Positions 1 to 10,166 of a stretch of 64,000 nt of DNA are shown here, piece after piece. The first letter of the stretch is position 1, and every line of letters begins with the position of its first letter. The notes beneath the pieces are model-generated. The model saw only the letters and a program-made list of their open reading frames with translations, was not told the DNA's origin and ran no database searches. This DNA is from an uncultured Chloroflexia bacterium (GTDB lineage: Bacteria > Chloroflexota > Anaerolineae > Anaerolineales > Villigracilaceae), in contig CAWFBZ010000013.1 of assembly GCA_963814135.1 (NCBI GenBank), forward strand, positions 41,222 through 105,221, in the 5' to 3' direction. Position numbers and translations under genes: made by a program.

Positions 1-956
1 ACGAAACGGTCGAGAACGTTATCGAAGAGTCCGAGAAGGCCATCTTCAACGTCAGCGAACGGCGTCTGAAGAAGGACCTCCAGCCGATCTCGTCCGTCCT
101 GAGCGATTATTACGACCGCATCGACGAACTCGCCAAACGTCCCGAGGACATCTTCGGCGTCCCGACCGGCTTCGTCGACCTGGACCGCATGCTGACCGGC
201 CTGCAACCTTCCGACCTGTTGATCATTGCCGGGCGACCTGGCCAGGGCAAATCCGGTTTCCTGCTGTCGGTGGCCAAGAACGCCGCCCTGCTGCATAAAA
301 AGCACGTCGCCATCTTTTCCCTGGAAATGTCCAACGAGCAGGTGGTGCAACGCCTGCTCTCACAGGAGACCGGCATCAACTCGCAGCGCTTGCGCAACGG
401 CAAACTCAACGATAACGAATGGCCGCTGTTGACCCACTCCATCGAAGTGCTGGGGGATACGCAAATCTTCCTGGACGACACGCCTGCCATCACTCCCCTG
501 GCCCTGCGCACCAAGTGCCGCCGCCTGCACATGGAATACGGTCTCGACCTGGTCATTCTGGACTATATCCAGTTGATGGGCGGGGATACCCGCAACGAGA
601 ACCGCGTCCAGGAAGTCTCCTATATTTCTCGCAACCTGAAGGTGCTGGCGCGTGAGTTGAACGTCCCGGTGCTGGCAGCCGCGCAGCTCAGCCGCGCCGT
701 CGAGCAACGCACCGACAAGCGCCCGGTGCTCTCCGATTTGCGTGAATCCGGCTCCATCGAGCAGGATGCCGATATCGTCATGTTCATCTATCGCCCCGAC
801 CAGTATGAGAAGGACACCGTCAAGCAGAACGTGGCCGAGATCATCATTGCCAAACACCGCAACGGGCCGACCGGCAGCGTCGAACTGGTCTTCATCAACC
901 ATCTGGCCAAGTTCGTGGATGCCGCCACACGCAACATCGACCTGAGCCAGGCCTAG
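1..956 (+). CDS. dnaB: Replicative DNA helicase DnaB, C-terminal ATPase domain; 5' end outside window
   Basis: Frame open from window edge (ETVENVIEESEKAIFNV...) into ORF 189..956; Walker A GRPGQGKSGF, Walker B DLVILDYIQLM, SGSIEQDADIVMFIYR, AKHRNGPTG. Confidence 0.95.
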   Translation, partial: ETVENVIEESEKAIFNVSERRLKKDLQPISSVLSDYYDRIDELAKRPEDIFGVPTGFVDLDRMLTGLQPSDLLIIAGRPGQGKSGFLLSVAKNAALLHKKHVAIFSLEMSNEQVVQRLLSQETGINSQRLRNGKLNDNEWPLLTHSIEVLGDTQIFLDDTPAITPLALRTKCRRLHMEYGLDLVILDYIQLMGGDTRNENRVQEVSYISRNLKVLARELNVPVLAAAQLSRAVEQRTDKRPVLSDLRESGSIEQDADIVMFIYRPDQYEKDTVKQNVAEIIIAKHRNGPTGSVELVFINHLAKFVDAATRNIDLSQA

Positions 957-999
957 CGCACCTCGTGTTGCTTCTTTTGAAGGGGCTGGCGTACAAAAT

Positions 1000-1673
1000 A
1001 TGAGCAAATTCCAAGGCTTCTCAGACTCTGAGACTTTCACCCCAATCCCCAACAATTTCTTCCGCCACCTGCTGACCGAAGTGGATGACCTGGACGAGTT
1101 GCGGGTGACGCTGTACGCCCTTTGGCGGATCGCGAACATGCCGGGAGGTGTCCATTATCTCAGGGAACAGGATTTTGCCGAGGGCTTTCCGGTTCATCCC
1201 GGGGCGAGCTTCCCGGGCAAAGCCTCGCTGCAGGGCTGGAAAAGGCGGTCGAACGCGGCAGCCTGATCCGGGTCGAAAATAACTCTGCCGTGCTCTTTTT
1301 TCTCAATTCCCCGCGCGGGCGGGCTGCCGCCGAAGCCTTCTCACAGGGCCGCTGGCAGCCGGATGCCGCCGGACCCGGTACCCCGCCGCCGGAACGCCCC
1401 AACATTTTCAAGTTGTACGAAGAGAACATGGGTCCCCTGACGCCGATGATTGCAGACGCACTGAAGGACGCCGAGAGTACCTATCCACCCGCCTGGGTGG
1501 CCGAAGCATTGGAGATTGCCGTACTGAAAAACAAGCGCAACTGGAAATACGTGGAAGCAATCCTGAAGCGCTGGAAGGAAGAAGGTCATGCCAAAAAGCA
1601 AGATAGACGCGACGCTCAAGCAGATGGTCGCCGGTACGCCGAAGGCGAGTACGCCGACTTCATCGAGCATTAA
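1000..1673 (+). CDS. DnaD-domain replication/primosome protein, split over two frames (apparent 1-nt indel about 1190-1250)
   Basis: ORFs 1000..1266 and 1122..1673 overlap in different frames and join into one protein; C-terminal NIFKLYEENMGPLTPMIADALKD...WVAEALEIAVLKNKRNWKYVEAILKRWKEEG is a DnaD/DnaB_2-type signature; sits between dnaB and a DnaC-like gene. Confidence 0.7.
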
Positions 1674-2970
1674 TTCGCTCGGCGACCCGGACTGCCCGCA
1701 CTGCCATGGCCTGGGATACGTTCGGCGAGACGCCGAGCCCGGTTCGCCCGACTTCGGCCGGCTGGAGATCTGCACCTGCCGCCAGGGTGCGGTCATGCGC
1801 CAGGTGCGCGACCGTCTCTTTTCGCTCAGCCACCTGGAGGAACTTACCGGTCTGACCTTCGATTCGTTTCAACCGCGCGGCCAGATTGGCCTGGGAGAGC
1901 GGCAGGCGGGCTCACTGGAGATCGCCTACAATAGCTCCCGTCAATACGCCGCCAACCTGAAGGGCTGGCTGCTCCTGCAGGGCAGTTACGGTTGTGGCAA
2001 AACCCACCTGGCCGCCGCCATTGCGAACTTTGCGGTTGACATGGGCGTGCCGACCCTTTTCCTGACCGTCCCCGATCTACTCGACCTGCTGCGCTTCGCC
2101 TTCGATGCCGAGAACATCACCTTCGAGCAGCGTTTCGAGCAGATCCGCACGGCCGATTTGTTGGTGCTGGATGATTTCGGCACGCAGTCGGCCACCCCCT
2201 GGGCGCAGGAAAAACTCTTCCAAATCGTGAACTACCGCTATATCAACCGTTTGCCACTCGTGGTAACCACCAACGTCCAGCTGGATGATATTGAAGAACG
2301 CATTCGCTCGCGCCTCCAGGATCCGGAATTGGTCAGCAAGGTCATTATCATTGCCCCCGATTACCGGCAGCCGTTGGACGACAAGGGCCACCACGAACTC
2401 TCTTCGCTTGACCTGCACGCCAACCGGACATTCGTGAACTTCGAGGGCCGGGAGGCGGAAGGTCTGCCGCCCGACGCGCTCAAGTCGCTGGAGAAGGCGC
2501 TCAAGGCCGCCACCACCTTTGCCGAAAAACCGCGCGGCTGGCTGGTGTTGGCCGGTCCGTACGGTTGCGGCAAGACCCATCTGGCCGCCGCCATCGCCAA
2601 TTTCCGCACCGATCTGGGCGATCCGCCGCTGTTTGTCACCGGCTCTGACCTGCTCGACCACTTACGCGCCACCTTCGATAAGAACAGCCCGGTTTCCTAC
2701 GACCGGCGTTTCGACGAATTTCGCACCAGCCCGGTGCTGATCCTGGACGACCTGAGCTCGCAATCCATCACCCCCTGGGTGCGCGAAAAACTTCACCAAT
2801 TGATCAATTATCGCTACAGCGCCGAACTGCCCACCGTCATAACCACTGCGGAAACTTTGGAAGAAATGGACGCGCGCATCCGTTCACGCATGCTGGATGC
2901 GCGTATCTGCACCATTTATGCCATTACCGTCCCGGCCTATCATGGCGGCAGGAAAAAAATCAGGCGTTAA
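1588..2970 (+). CDS. DnaC/DnaI-like AAA+ helicase loader with two tandem ATPase modules and N-terminal Cys4 motif
   Basis: 460-aa ORF; CPHCHGLGYV..CTCRQG zinc-like motif; Walker A twice (GSYGCGKTHLAAAIAN, GPYGCGKTHLAAAIAN), Walker B twice (LLVLDDFG, VLILDDLS), each followed by PW..EKL.Q..NYRY....P.V.TT; alternative ATG at 1624; overlaps the DnaD-like gene end. Confidence 0.8.
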   Translation: MPKSKIDATLKQMVAGTPKASTPTSSSINSLGDPDCPHCHGLGYVRRDAEPGSPDFGRLEICTCRQGAVMRQVRDRLFSLSHLEELTGLTFDSFQPRGQIGLGERQAGSLEIAYNSSRQYAANLKGWLLLQGSYGCGKTHLAAAIANFAVDMGVPTLFLTVPDLLDLLRFAFDAENITFEQRFEQIRTADLLVLDDFGTQSATPWAQEKLFQIVNYRYINRLPLVVTTNVQLDDIEERIRSRLQDPELVSKVIIIAPDYRQPLDDKGHHELSSLDLHANRTFVNFEGREAEGLPPDALKSLEKALKAATTFAEKPRGWLVLAGPYGCGKTHLAAAIANFRTDLGDPPLFVTGSDLLDHLRATFDKNSPVSYDRRFDEFRTSPVLILDDLSSQSITPWVREKLHQLINYRYSAELPTVITTAETLEEMDARIRSRMLDARICTIYAITVPAYHGGRKKIRR

Positions 2971-3039
2971 ACATTCCATGAGCCGGCAGGAATGCCAACT
3001 CCCCGGCACATTTCCCCCTCTGCCCCATATCCAAAGCGA

Positions 3040-3804
3040 CTACAGTTTTCCTGTTAACGCGGCCAAACGCAACCGGACCACGGTGCCGATGTATTTTCGG
3101 CCGCGCCGCAGGTAGTGGATCAAATTCGTGCCGGTTTTAGACTCCCCGGTCCTGCGCGGCATGGCTTTGTACGGCAACTCACATACCTTGTATTTCCTGC
3201 GCAGTGCTCGAAAGATGAAATCCACAAAATATTCGCCATAATCTCCCCTGAGCGGAATCGCCTGCAAGAGCTCTTTTCTCACCGCCACAAATCCGCTCGT
3301 ATAATCCGCGAAGGAAGCGTCGAGGGAAAAGCGGGTGAACCAGTTAAGCGTCAGGCTCAGGAACATCTGCATGGCGCCCCACTCACCGCTGCGGTCCTCG
3401 CTGCCTCCCACCACGTAGCGCGAATTCACAACCAGATCGAAACCCTGCCCCAGCATGTAAAGCATTTGCGGGATGCGTTCGGGTGGGTGCGAGAAGTCGC
3501 AATCCAGCCAGACGACCACGGGCTGCCGGGCAGCCGCGATCCCGGCGGAAAGCGATGCAGTCAGCCCATGCTCTTCCATCCGGCGGATAACCTCGATCCT
3601 GGCGGGCGGACAGGTTACCTGCGAAGCCAACTCCCAGGTTCGATCCGGGGAATCGTCGTCCACGACAATAATTTCGATTTCCTCGATCCCGGCCTGCTTA
3701 ATGGCTTCCACTGTGGCCTGGATAAAACTGGCGATATTGCCCGCCTCGTTCAAGGTGGGGATTACCACCGACACACCGCTATCCTGCCTGCCCGCGTTTT
3801 CCAA
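3040..3804 (-). CDS. GT2 glycosyltransferase, polyprenol-phosphate mannose/glucose synthase-like (Dpm1 type)
   Basis: 254-aa ORF; VVIPTLNEAGNI, IIVVDDDSPDRT, DCDFSHPP, VVNSRY motifs typical of the family. Confidence 0.8.
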   Translation of the reverse strand: MENAGRQDSGVSVVIPTLNEAGNIASFIQATVEAIKQAGIEEIEIIVVDDDSPDRTWELASQVTCPPARIEVIRRMEEHGLTASLSAGIAAARQPVVVWLDCDFSHPPERIPQMLYMLGQGFDLVVNSRYVVGGSEDRSGEWGAMQMFLSLTLNWFTRFSLDASFADYTSGFVAVRKELLQAIPLRGDYGEYFVDFIFRALRRKYKVCELPYKAMPRRTGESKTGTNLIHYLRRGRKYIGTVVRLRLAALTGKL

Positions 3805-3836
3805 ATGAATCTATCCTTGTTTTTTTTCCGGGAGAA

Positions 3837-4502
3837 CTATGGTTGGAGGGGTTTGTTGACGACGAAATTGTCGAACTGAACTTCCATGGTACCTTCGACC
3901 ACGCTGGAGCGCACCGCCAGACCGGTATCGCCGCCCGTCAGTTCATTATTATAGGCCAGAGAAACCTGTTGGCCATTGGCGTAGAGGGTTAAGCTTTCTC
4001 CGATGCAATCCGCACGGATGTGGTTGGTCTTATTGCCGGTTTTGATCCCATCCATTTTCAAGAATTTCAAGCCCGGAGAGATCAAGGTGTCTTCCCCGTC
4101 CTTGCGCATGGCGATGCCCGAATAGCCGTCGCTGGTCACCAGCAGCATGTAGTAGTTATTCGGGTCGTGGTAATGGCAGAGCACGCCAATGTAATTGTCG
4201 TCCGAACCTTCGATCTTGCGCGCATCCACTTCAATACTGACATCACCCTGAAAGGTTTTTCCGGGAGTGGCCAGGAGCAAGGTGGCGGGTTTGCTCACCG
4301 TAATCAGGTATTGATCGTTGGCATATTTCATCGAACCGCTGTCGTTCGAAAGCTGGGTCCAACCGCTGGCAGTCTGGGAAAAATCGTCAAAGAACAATGC
4401 GTTCTGCGTATTGGGGGTTGCCGGTGTAGCCGCGCAGGCATTCAAGAATGTCGATAAAACCAGCGCCATCGAAACGATCAAAACGGTTTTCTTCACAGTC
4501 AT
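3837..4502 (-). CDS. Secreted lipoprotein of unknown function (beta-sandwich/LamG-like guess)
   Basis: Signal peptide plus lipobox MTVKKTVLIVSMALVLSTFLNAC; C-terminal ..MEVQFDNFVV resembles DUF1080-type proteins; function not assignable. Confidence 0.55.
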   Translation of the reverse strand: MTVKKTVLIVSMALVLSTFLNACAATPATPNTQNALFFDDFSQTASGWTQLSNDSGSMKYANDQYLITVSKPATLLLATPGKTFQGDVSIEVDARKIEGSDDNYIGVLCHYHDPNNYYMLLVTSDGYSGIAMRKDGEDTLISPGLKFLKMDGIKTGNKTNHIRADCIGESLTLYANGQQVSLAYNNELTGGDTGLAVRSSVVEGTMEVQFDNFVVNKPLQP

Positions 4503-4585
4503 TTTCTCCTGCTTATCTCAAGGTCGGGATGCTTTTGAAAACCCACATCCTTTTTTTATCAAGCCGCTATTATAGTCGATGCTAA

Positions 4586-5857
4586 TTACATCCTTCTCTT
4601 ATTCGGCAGCGGGATGATGACCAACGCACTGACCAGGAAACACAGGGTAGCCAGCCCGAACAGCAATAAATATCCGCTCGAGCTGGAGCCGAGCGCCCGG
4701 TTGATCGGATCGATCAAAACCCCACCCAGCAGGCGCGCCACACCCGACCCGATGCAGGTGGCAATATTGGCGATTCCCAGGTACCGGGCGGCTTCCGCCA
4801 GGGGGACGATATCGGTAGCCAAGGCCCAGGAGGCGGAAAGGAACGCGCCGATGCCCATCCCGATTATTCCGCCTGCAATAATGATGGGAGTTTGATCGCG
4901 GACAAACAGTAACAAGAGCGACCCGGCAAAAGCCACCAAACCAGCGACCATCATGACCGGCTTGCGCCCGAACTTATCCGAAAGCCAGCCGGATGCCAGG
5001 GCCATGACGATCAAGGCCGCCCCCAGGATGACCTTGAGGGTGCCATAGAAACTCTGCGCGTCTGCCTGGGTCATGCGGATGACATCCACCAGGTAATTGA
5101 TCAGGAAAGCGTTAATGGCAATGAAAGCGCCCCAAAACAAGACGCGGTTGGCAAACCACCAACCGAAGATGCGATTCTCACGGAAGTTGATGTAAAAGGC
5201 GTTTTTTAACGACTCGGTGATCGAACGGGAGGCAACCTCCGCGTTGGTGGCCTCGGGATGCTCGCGCGCCCAGATCGCCGTCAAAATAATGAAAAGGATG
5301 AAAACAACCAGGGGGGCAGCCGCGGTACCGTAGATGGCGTAATCGCCAAAGAGTTTCTGACCCGTGCTCCCAAGCAGGATGCCCGCCACTGCGCCGGCCA
5401 CAACGGTGGCGATGATATCCATGACCGCCTTGAGACTGGAGGCCTGCCCGTGTTGGGATTCAGGCACCAGGTCGGGGATGAGTGCCTGCCAGGGTCCCTG
5501 GAGAATATTCGAGGAGAATTGGATCAGGATCACGCCGATCAGAAGCACCCACAGGGTCGGAGCTGCCGCCAAAAGGAAAAACGAGACGGCAATCAAGGCG
5601 GCCCCGCCAATAATGAAAGGCAGGCGACGACCCATCTTTGTCTTGGCCCGGTCGGAGAATACGCCGATAACCGGTTGGACGACCATCGCCACCAGCAGGC
5701 CGATGAACCCCAGAAATCCCAGCGCCGTATTGGGCAGGTCGGTTAATTGGCGCACCTTGAACGTCATCAAGGGTGGGTCTTGAATATTGGATGAAAAGGT
5801 CAGCGCAAAACCAAGCAGGCTGATGACCAACATGCGGAAAAAGGATATTTTTTTCAT
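4586..5857 (-). CDS. MFS transporter
   Basis: Internal ATG at 5857 preceded by AGGAGG (5-nt spacer); about 12 hydrophobic segments; FSDRAKTKMGRRLPF loop motif typical of MFS. Confidence 0.75.
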   Translation of the reverse strand: MKKISFFRMLVISLLGFALTFSSNIQDPPLMTFKVRQLTDLPNTALGFLGFIGLLVAMVVQPVIGVFSDRAKTKMGRRLPFIIGGAALIAVSFFLLAAAPTLWVLLIGVILIQFSSNILQGPWQALIPDLVPESQHGQASSLKAVMDIIATVVAGAVAGILLGSTGQKLFGDYAIYGTAAAPLVVFILFIILTAIWAREHPEATNAEVASRSITESLKNAFYINFRENRIFGWWFANRVLFWGAFIAINAFLINYLVDVIRMTQADAQSFYGTLKVILGAALIVMALASGWLSDKFGRKPVMMVAGLVAFAGSLLLLFVRDQTPIIIAGGIIGMGIGAFLSASWALATDIVPLAEAARYLGIANIATCIGSGVARLLGGVLIDPINRALGSSSSGYLLLFGLATLCFLVSALVIIPLPNKRRM

Positions 5858-6751
5858 GCAGGCCTCCTGGAAGGATTGCGGACGGACAGATCTTATTACT
5901 CCAAGCGATTCAACCGCCTCGTCCACCTTTAGCTCAAAAACCAGCGGACCGGTAAAATGCGCCGCATCCAGGCGGTCAAGAAAACGGCCCAGATCCAGAT
6001 CGCCCCGGCCAAGTGGCTTGTGATCTTCCCCATACCCGCGCATGCCTTGCGGCATTTTCTTCGAATCATGCAAATGGACTTCCGCCAGGCGCGGCAGGAC
6101 CTTCTCCAGGACATCGAAGAAATCAAACCAACCGGGGAACCCTGCCAGCACATGTCCCGCATCGAAGCAGATCGAAAGGTCAAATTCTTCGGCCAGTTCA
6201 AGGGTCAGGTCGAGGGGAAATTCGATCGTCTCGATGGCCAGCTTGCGGGAAGGGATACCGGTCTGCTCCAGGATCGATTTTATGCTGGCACGCGCTCCCG
6301 CCTGGAACTGGCGCAGAATGAGCTGGCGCGCCATCTCGGAGATCTTCATGTTGTAGAATTCCGCTGCCAGGGCACCGGTGGCATGCAGCACGTAGACTTC
6401 CGGGTCCGCCGGCAGGGTCGCCTGAATAGACCGGACCAGCGCTTCCACGGAACCGGCGCGAACCGGGCTGAGCGGCGTGGAGGGTTCGACAGACCACAGC
6501 GGCAGGTGGAGCGTGTAGGTAATGCCCTGCGTTTTCAGCGCGGCGAGGCGTTGGACCGATTCCGGGGAGTAAGCCTGCGGCAGGAACATTCCCAGGTCGC
6601 CGCCCAACTCAATCGGATTAAAGCCTTTATCGAACAAGCTTTTCGCCAAACCCGCATGCTCAAAACCCATAATGCCTGCCAGCACCTGTTCAGCCGGAAT
6701 CCCCGATGGGACAAGCGCTTCCAATTGCATTGCCATGATTCCGAATTGCAT
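5858..6751 (-). CDS. Sugar phosphate isomerase/epimerase (xylose isomerase-like TIM barrel); reads in frame into the MFS ORF without a stop codon
   Basis: First about 298 aa of ORF 4586..6751: ..YVLHATG.., ..ICFDAGHVL.., ..LAEVHLHDS.., ..LVFELK.. pattern of AP_endonuc_2/TIM-barrel family. Confidence 0.65.
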
Positions 6752-6767
6752 AGACGCCTCCTTGAAT

Positions 6768-7751
6768 TTATGGGGTCAGGGAAGGAATGGGAATGATCGG
6801 GGGAACGTAATGGAAAACCAGCCAGAGCAGCCCGATCAGCAGAATTGCCAAACACAACAATCCAATCAGGCCCCAGAATATCCACGGCCAGAGTTTGCCG
6901 GGTTTCTTTTTTCCACGGGTGTTGGATTTCTGCGGTGAATCATCCCACGGGACGAGCAGCAAAACGACCGTGACATTATCTTTCACCTGGCGCGAGCAGG
7001 CCAGGTCGACCAGTCTTTGTGCGGCGGGCTGCAGGTCCAGACCGCGCAGCGCAGGTTCAATTTCGTCATCTTCAACGACATCCGTCAACCCATCCGTACA
7101 GAGCAGCAGCAAGTCGCCCGGGAGCAGCCGCAATCCCTGGTTGGAACGGGACTGAGTATCGCTCTCATCCGTCGCCAGACGCAGGCGGTTATCGGCTTCA
7201 GGCGTCTGGGTGGAACCAAGATAACGCCGGATGACGTGCGCGTTGGGGTTGTCTTTAACATCCTGCGGGTCCAGGAGACCTTTTTCCACAGCCTCCTGCA
7301 CCCAGGTATGATCAACGGACAATTGCACCAGGCCACCGTTGCGCAAGAGATAAATGCGCGAATCGCCCACCGAAGCAGTGAACAAGCGCTTCCCGATGAT
7401 CCAGGCGCAGGCGCAGGTGGTGCCCATGCCCAGGCGCTGCGTATCGTCCCGGCCTTTATTTGCGATGGCGTCACTGGTCACCTGGATGGCATGGTCGAGC
7501 GTGTCCAGGGGCCGGCGGGCATCTGACTGGGCCACCATGTGGCTGATGGTCTCCACCGCCATTTCGGCGGCCACTTCTCCGGCGCGGTGCCCCCCGATCC
7601 CATCCGACACAATGGCAAAGATCGACAGGGTGGGGTCGTTTTCACCGACACGGAACGACGAGACGGCGTGGCGATCCTCGTTCTGCCTCCCAGACATGCC
7701 AGGATGGGTCACGGCTGCAACCTGAAGATGCGCACGCACTGAATGGATCAT
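6768..7751 (-). CDS. PP2C-family Ser/Thr protein phosphatase with C-terminal membrane anchor
   Basis: 327 aa; GMSGRQNEDR, VSDGIGGHRAGEVAA, LLLCTDGLTD, DNVTVVLL motifs; hydrophobic tail LWPWIFWGLIGLLCLAILLIGLLWLVF; start overlaps stop of upstream FHA gene (ATGA). Confidence 0.9.
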   Translation of the reverse strand: MIHSVRAHLQVAAVTHPGMSGRQNEDRHAVSSFRVGENDPTLSIFAIVSDGIGGHRAGEVAAEMAVETISHMVAQSDARRPLDTLDHAIQVTSDAIANKGRDDTQRLGMGTTCACAWIIGKRLFTASVGDSRIYLLRNGGLVQLSVDHTWVQEAVEKGLLDPQDVKDNPNAHVIRRYLGSTQTPEADNRLRLATDESDTQSRSNQGLRLLPGDLLLLCTDGLTDVVEDDEIEPALRGLDLQPAAQRLVDLACSRQVKDNVTVVLLLVPWDDSPQKSNTRGKKKPGKLWPWIFWGLIGLLCLAILLIGLLWLVFHYVPPIIPIPSLTP

Positions 7752-9611
7752 ACCTTTTGGGTGGGAGTGACTGTGGGAGCTGCCAGATCAGGAGGCTTTC
7801 GCAGCATGAAGCGATAAGACAGCCGCCCGATCTGCAATATATCGCCATGTTGCAAGCGGCGAGGCGCTTCCAGCATTTCATAGTTGACCCAGGTACCGGA
7901 AACCGATTTTTCGTCCGAAAGGATATATTCCCCGTTCTGTTCCCTGAGACGGGCATGCAAAGGAGAAACAGATGGGTCATCCAAAATACGCGTCACCTTC
8001 AGAGGGTCAGAGCCGAAAGTCATTTCAGGCGATACAACCGGGATGGCCGGGGAAAATAAGGGGTCGCCATCTTCCTTAACCGCTCCAGGTAGGCAGCAGA
8101 GGCTTTGGCCGGACGTTTCCATGGGACACGCAGATTACCCCGGCCGGTCTGCCCTTCGACCGGCTGCGTAAGCGGGTCATAGGAAGCCTTTCGATCCACC
8201 GGAGCCGAACGCCGGCGAATCCGATCACCCGCCAGGATGCCCCCCAGGACGACCCCGGCAAAAAGGATTGCAATCAGTACAACCCAGATGCTGTTACGCG
8301 ACAGGAAGGGGATCAGTCCAAACTGGGGACGGACTACCGTAACCATGACCGGTATGGCCAGGCTGGTTTTGCTCAACCCGAGGCTGTCCACCGCCTGCAC
8401 ACTGAGCATGTGCTGGCCGCTGGTGGTATAGCCGCTCAAATCCCAGGTGAAGTGGGTGAAGGGCTCGGCAGTGTTCTCGGCCACTTTTTGGTCATCCACG
8501 TATAGCGTGGTGCTGACGAGCGGGCGCGTGCGACCATCCGGGAATTCAACGATGATATCAAGGCCCTGCTGGGTCGGAAGGAAAGCCGCCCGGTCAGTCG
8601 TCCGTGAATCGGGCGCCTGGCGGACAATCTGCTGCGGCGGGGAAACCAGTATCGGATTGGGGGGCTGGATATCCAAATTAAAATGTCAGTGCAGGCGAGG
8701 TGACCGAGGCACCCTCCAGGTTTACCTGCGCGGTGAGCGCATGGCCTCCGGGAGTGAGAACGGCAGATGTATAAGTCAGATGATAGGTGGAACGCAAGGG
8801 AGCCAGATAGGTCTCAAGGCCAGGCAATGGCTCCAGCCCGGAAAACAAGACATATTGTCCACCGGATTGGATGGCAAGGTCCTTGAGTGCGGTGGCACCG
8901 GAGGAAGAGAAGAAATCTGTGGAGGCTACAATCCAGACGAAAACGCGCACCTGCTGACCCACGGCGCGTTCGGTCAAATTCTGCAGGGTCGGGATATCGT
9001 CCACGCTGGTGGGAGAAGTAATAAACAGGACAGACCGTTTCATGCCAGATTGGGAGCTCTGTTCGGTGACCGCGTCCAGGGCACGTGCCAGTGTATTCAG
9101 GCTCGGCGTCATGGATCCCAGGTTGGGCTGGTAGGCATTCAGGGCAGCCAAAAATGCAGCCGTGTCCGCCAGGTGCGTGGAAAGGACCCCATAAGTGGGG
9201 ATCAGGCTCAGATCGTCGCCCAATGAATCGGGATGATTGGTGGCCCAGTCTTTCAGGACTTGAACGACCTTATCGTAACGCGAGACTGCGTCGGCGTCCC
9301 GAAAGGCAAAGGTTGGGCCGGGGTCAAGCGCCAAAGCGAACTTCACACCCACCTGGATTTGCTCGAGAGCGCTGGGCGTAATCAACTGGCTATCTTCCAT
9401 CAATGTAACATCGCCCGGTTTTAAACCGGTGACGGCGTTCCCCGCCGAATCCATAACATCCAGTCCCACAGTGATGGTGGGGAAATTGCCCGTTTGCAGG
9501 TTGTAGAGGTTGATCTGTGGCGTGTTCTGAACTCTGAGCGCGGACAAGCGAAAACAACCCTCCAAATGCAAGCAAAAACACAAGTAAAGAAATGGGCAGG
9601 AGCTTACGCAT
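7748..9611 (-). pseudogene. Signal peptide - vWA - Ig-like - TM - FHA domain protein, interrupted by three 1-nt frameshifts (or assembly errors)
   Basis: ORFs 9390..9650 (MRKLLPISLLVFLLAFGG), 8678..9583 (vWA: RSVLFITSPTS..), 8020..8676 (TM IWVVLIAILFAGVVLGGIL) and 7748..8122 (FHA: GEYILSDEKSVSGTWVN) join if single bases change at T4 run about 9560, T4 run 8677-8680 (..SPALTF*/NLDIQPP..) and A-run about 8077. Confidence 0.75.
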
Positions 9612-9670
9612 GATCTGCGGAAATATATTCAGAAGTACGTTGCGATGCAATCAAGTGAAGCGGGCCAATC

Positions 9671-10120
9671 CTAAATATCTTTGACTTCTGCGTCGACGAT
9701 TTCGTCATCGGTTTCTTCTTCTGGAGGGGCGGATGGAACGGGTTTATCCTCCAGCGCAGGAAGTTTGATCCATTGGTGCAGCCCGGACCAGGCCAATAAT
9801 ATGCCACCAACCGCGGTGCCTGTGATCGAGATCGGCACGCCGGCAACAATTCCCATCACCAGTCCTTTTGCAAAGGCTTCCCCCCAGCCATCCTTTGCCA
9901 GGTAGTGCTGCACCAGGGTTGTGGCCAGAAGACAGATTCCCCCAATGATCGGCACAGAGAATATCCACACCTCCGGGCCGGCAATCTCAGGCAAAGTGAA
10001 AAGGTTGTCCAGCACAATTGTCGTTAAAGCTGCCAGCGGGTGCACCGGTGCGGGTGGAATCGGCCGGCGAAGCTCGGGCAATAGGGGCAAATGTGCGTTT
10101 ACCGGATCGGGCATTTCCAA
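9671..10120 (-). CDS. Hypothetical integral membrane protein
   Basis: 149-aa ORF with 3-4 hydrophobic segments and acidic tail; no recognisable family. Confidence 0.45.
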   Translation of the reverse strand: MEMPDPVNAHLPLLPELRRPIPPAPVHPLAALTTIVLDNLFTLPEIAGPEVWIFSVPIIGGICLLATTLVQHYLAKDGWGEAFAKGLVMGIVAGVPISITGTAVGGILLAWSGLHQWIKLPALEDKPVPSAPPEEETDDEIVDAEVKDI

Positions 10121-10166
10121 ATCTCCAATCGTTCATTCCAAACCACACTCCAAACCACAGGGTCTG

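Noticed and set aside
3636-3658. tRNA T-arm-like string AGGTTCGATCCGGGG
   Set aside because: It lies inside the well-supported glycosyltransferase CDS, and no acceptor or anticodon stems can be drawn around it. No tRNA, rRNA or tmRNA genes were found in any intergenic gap.
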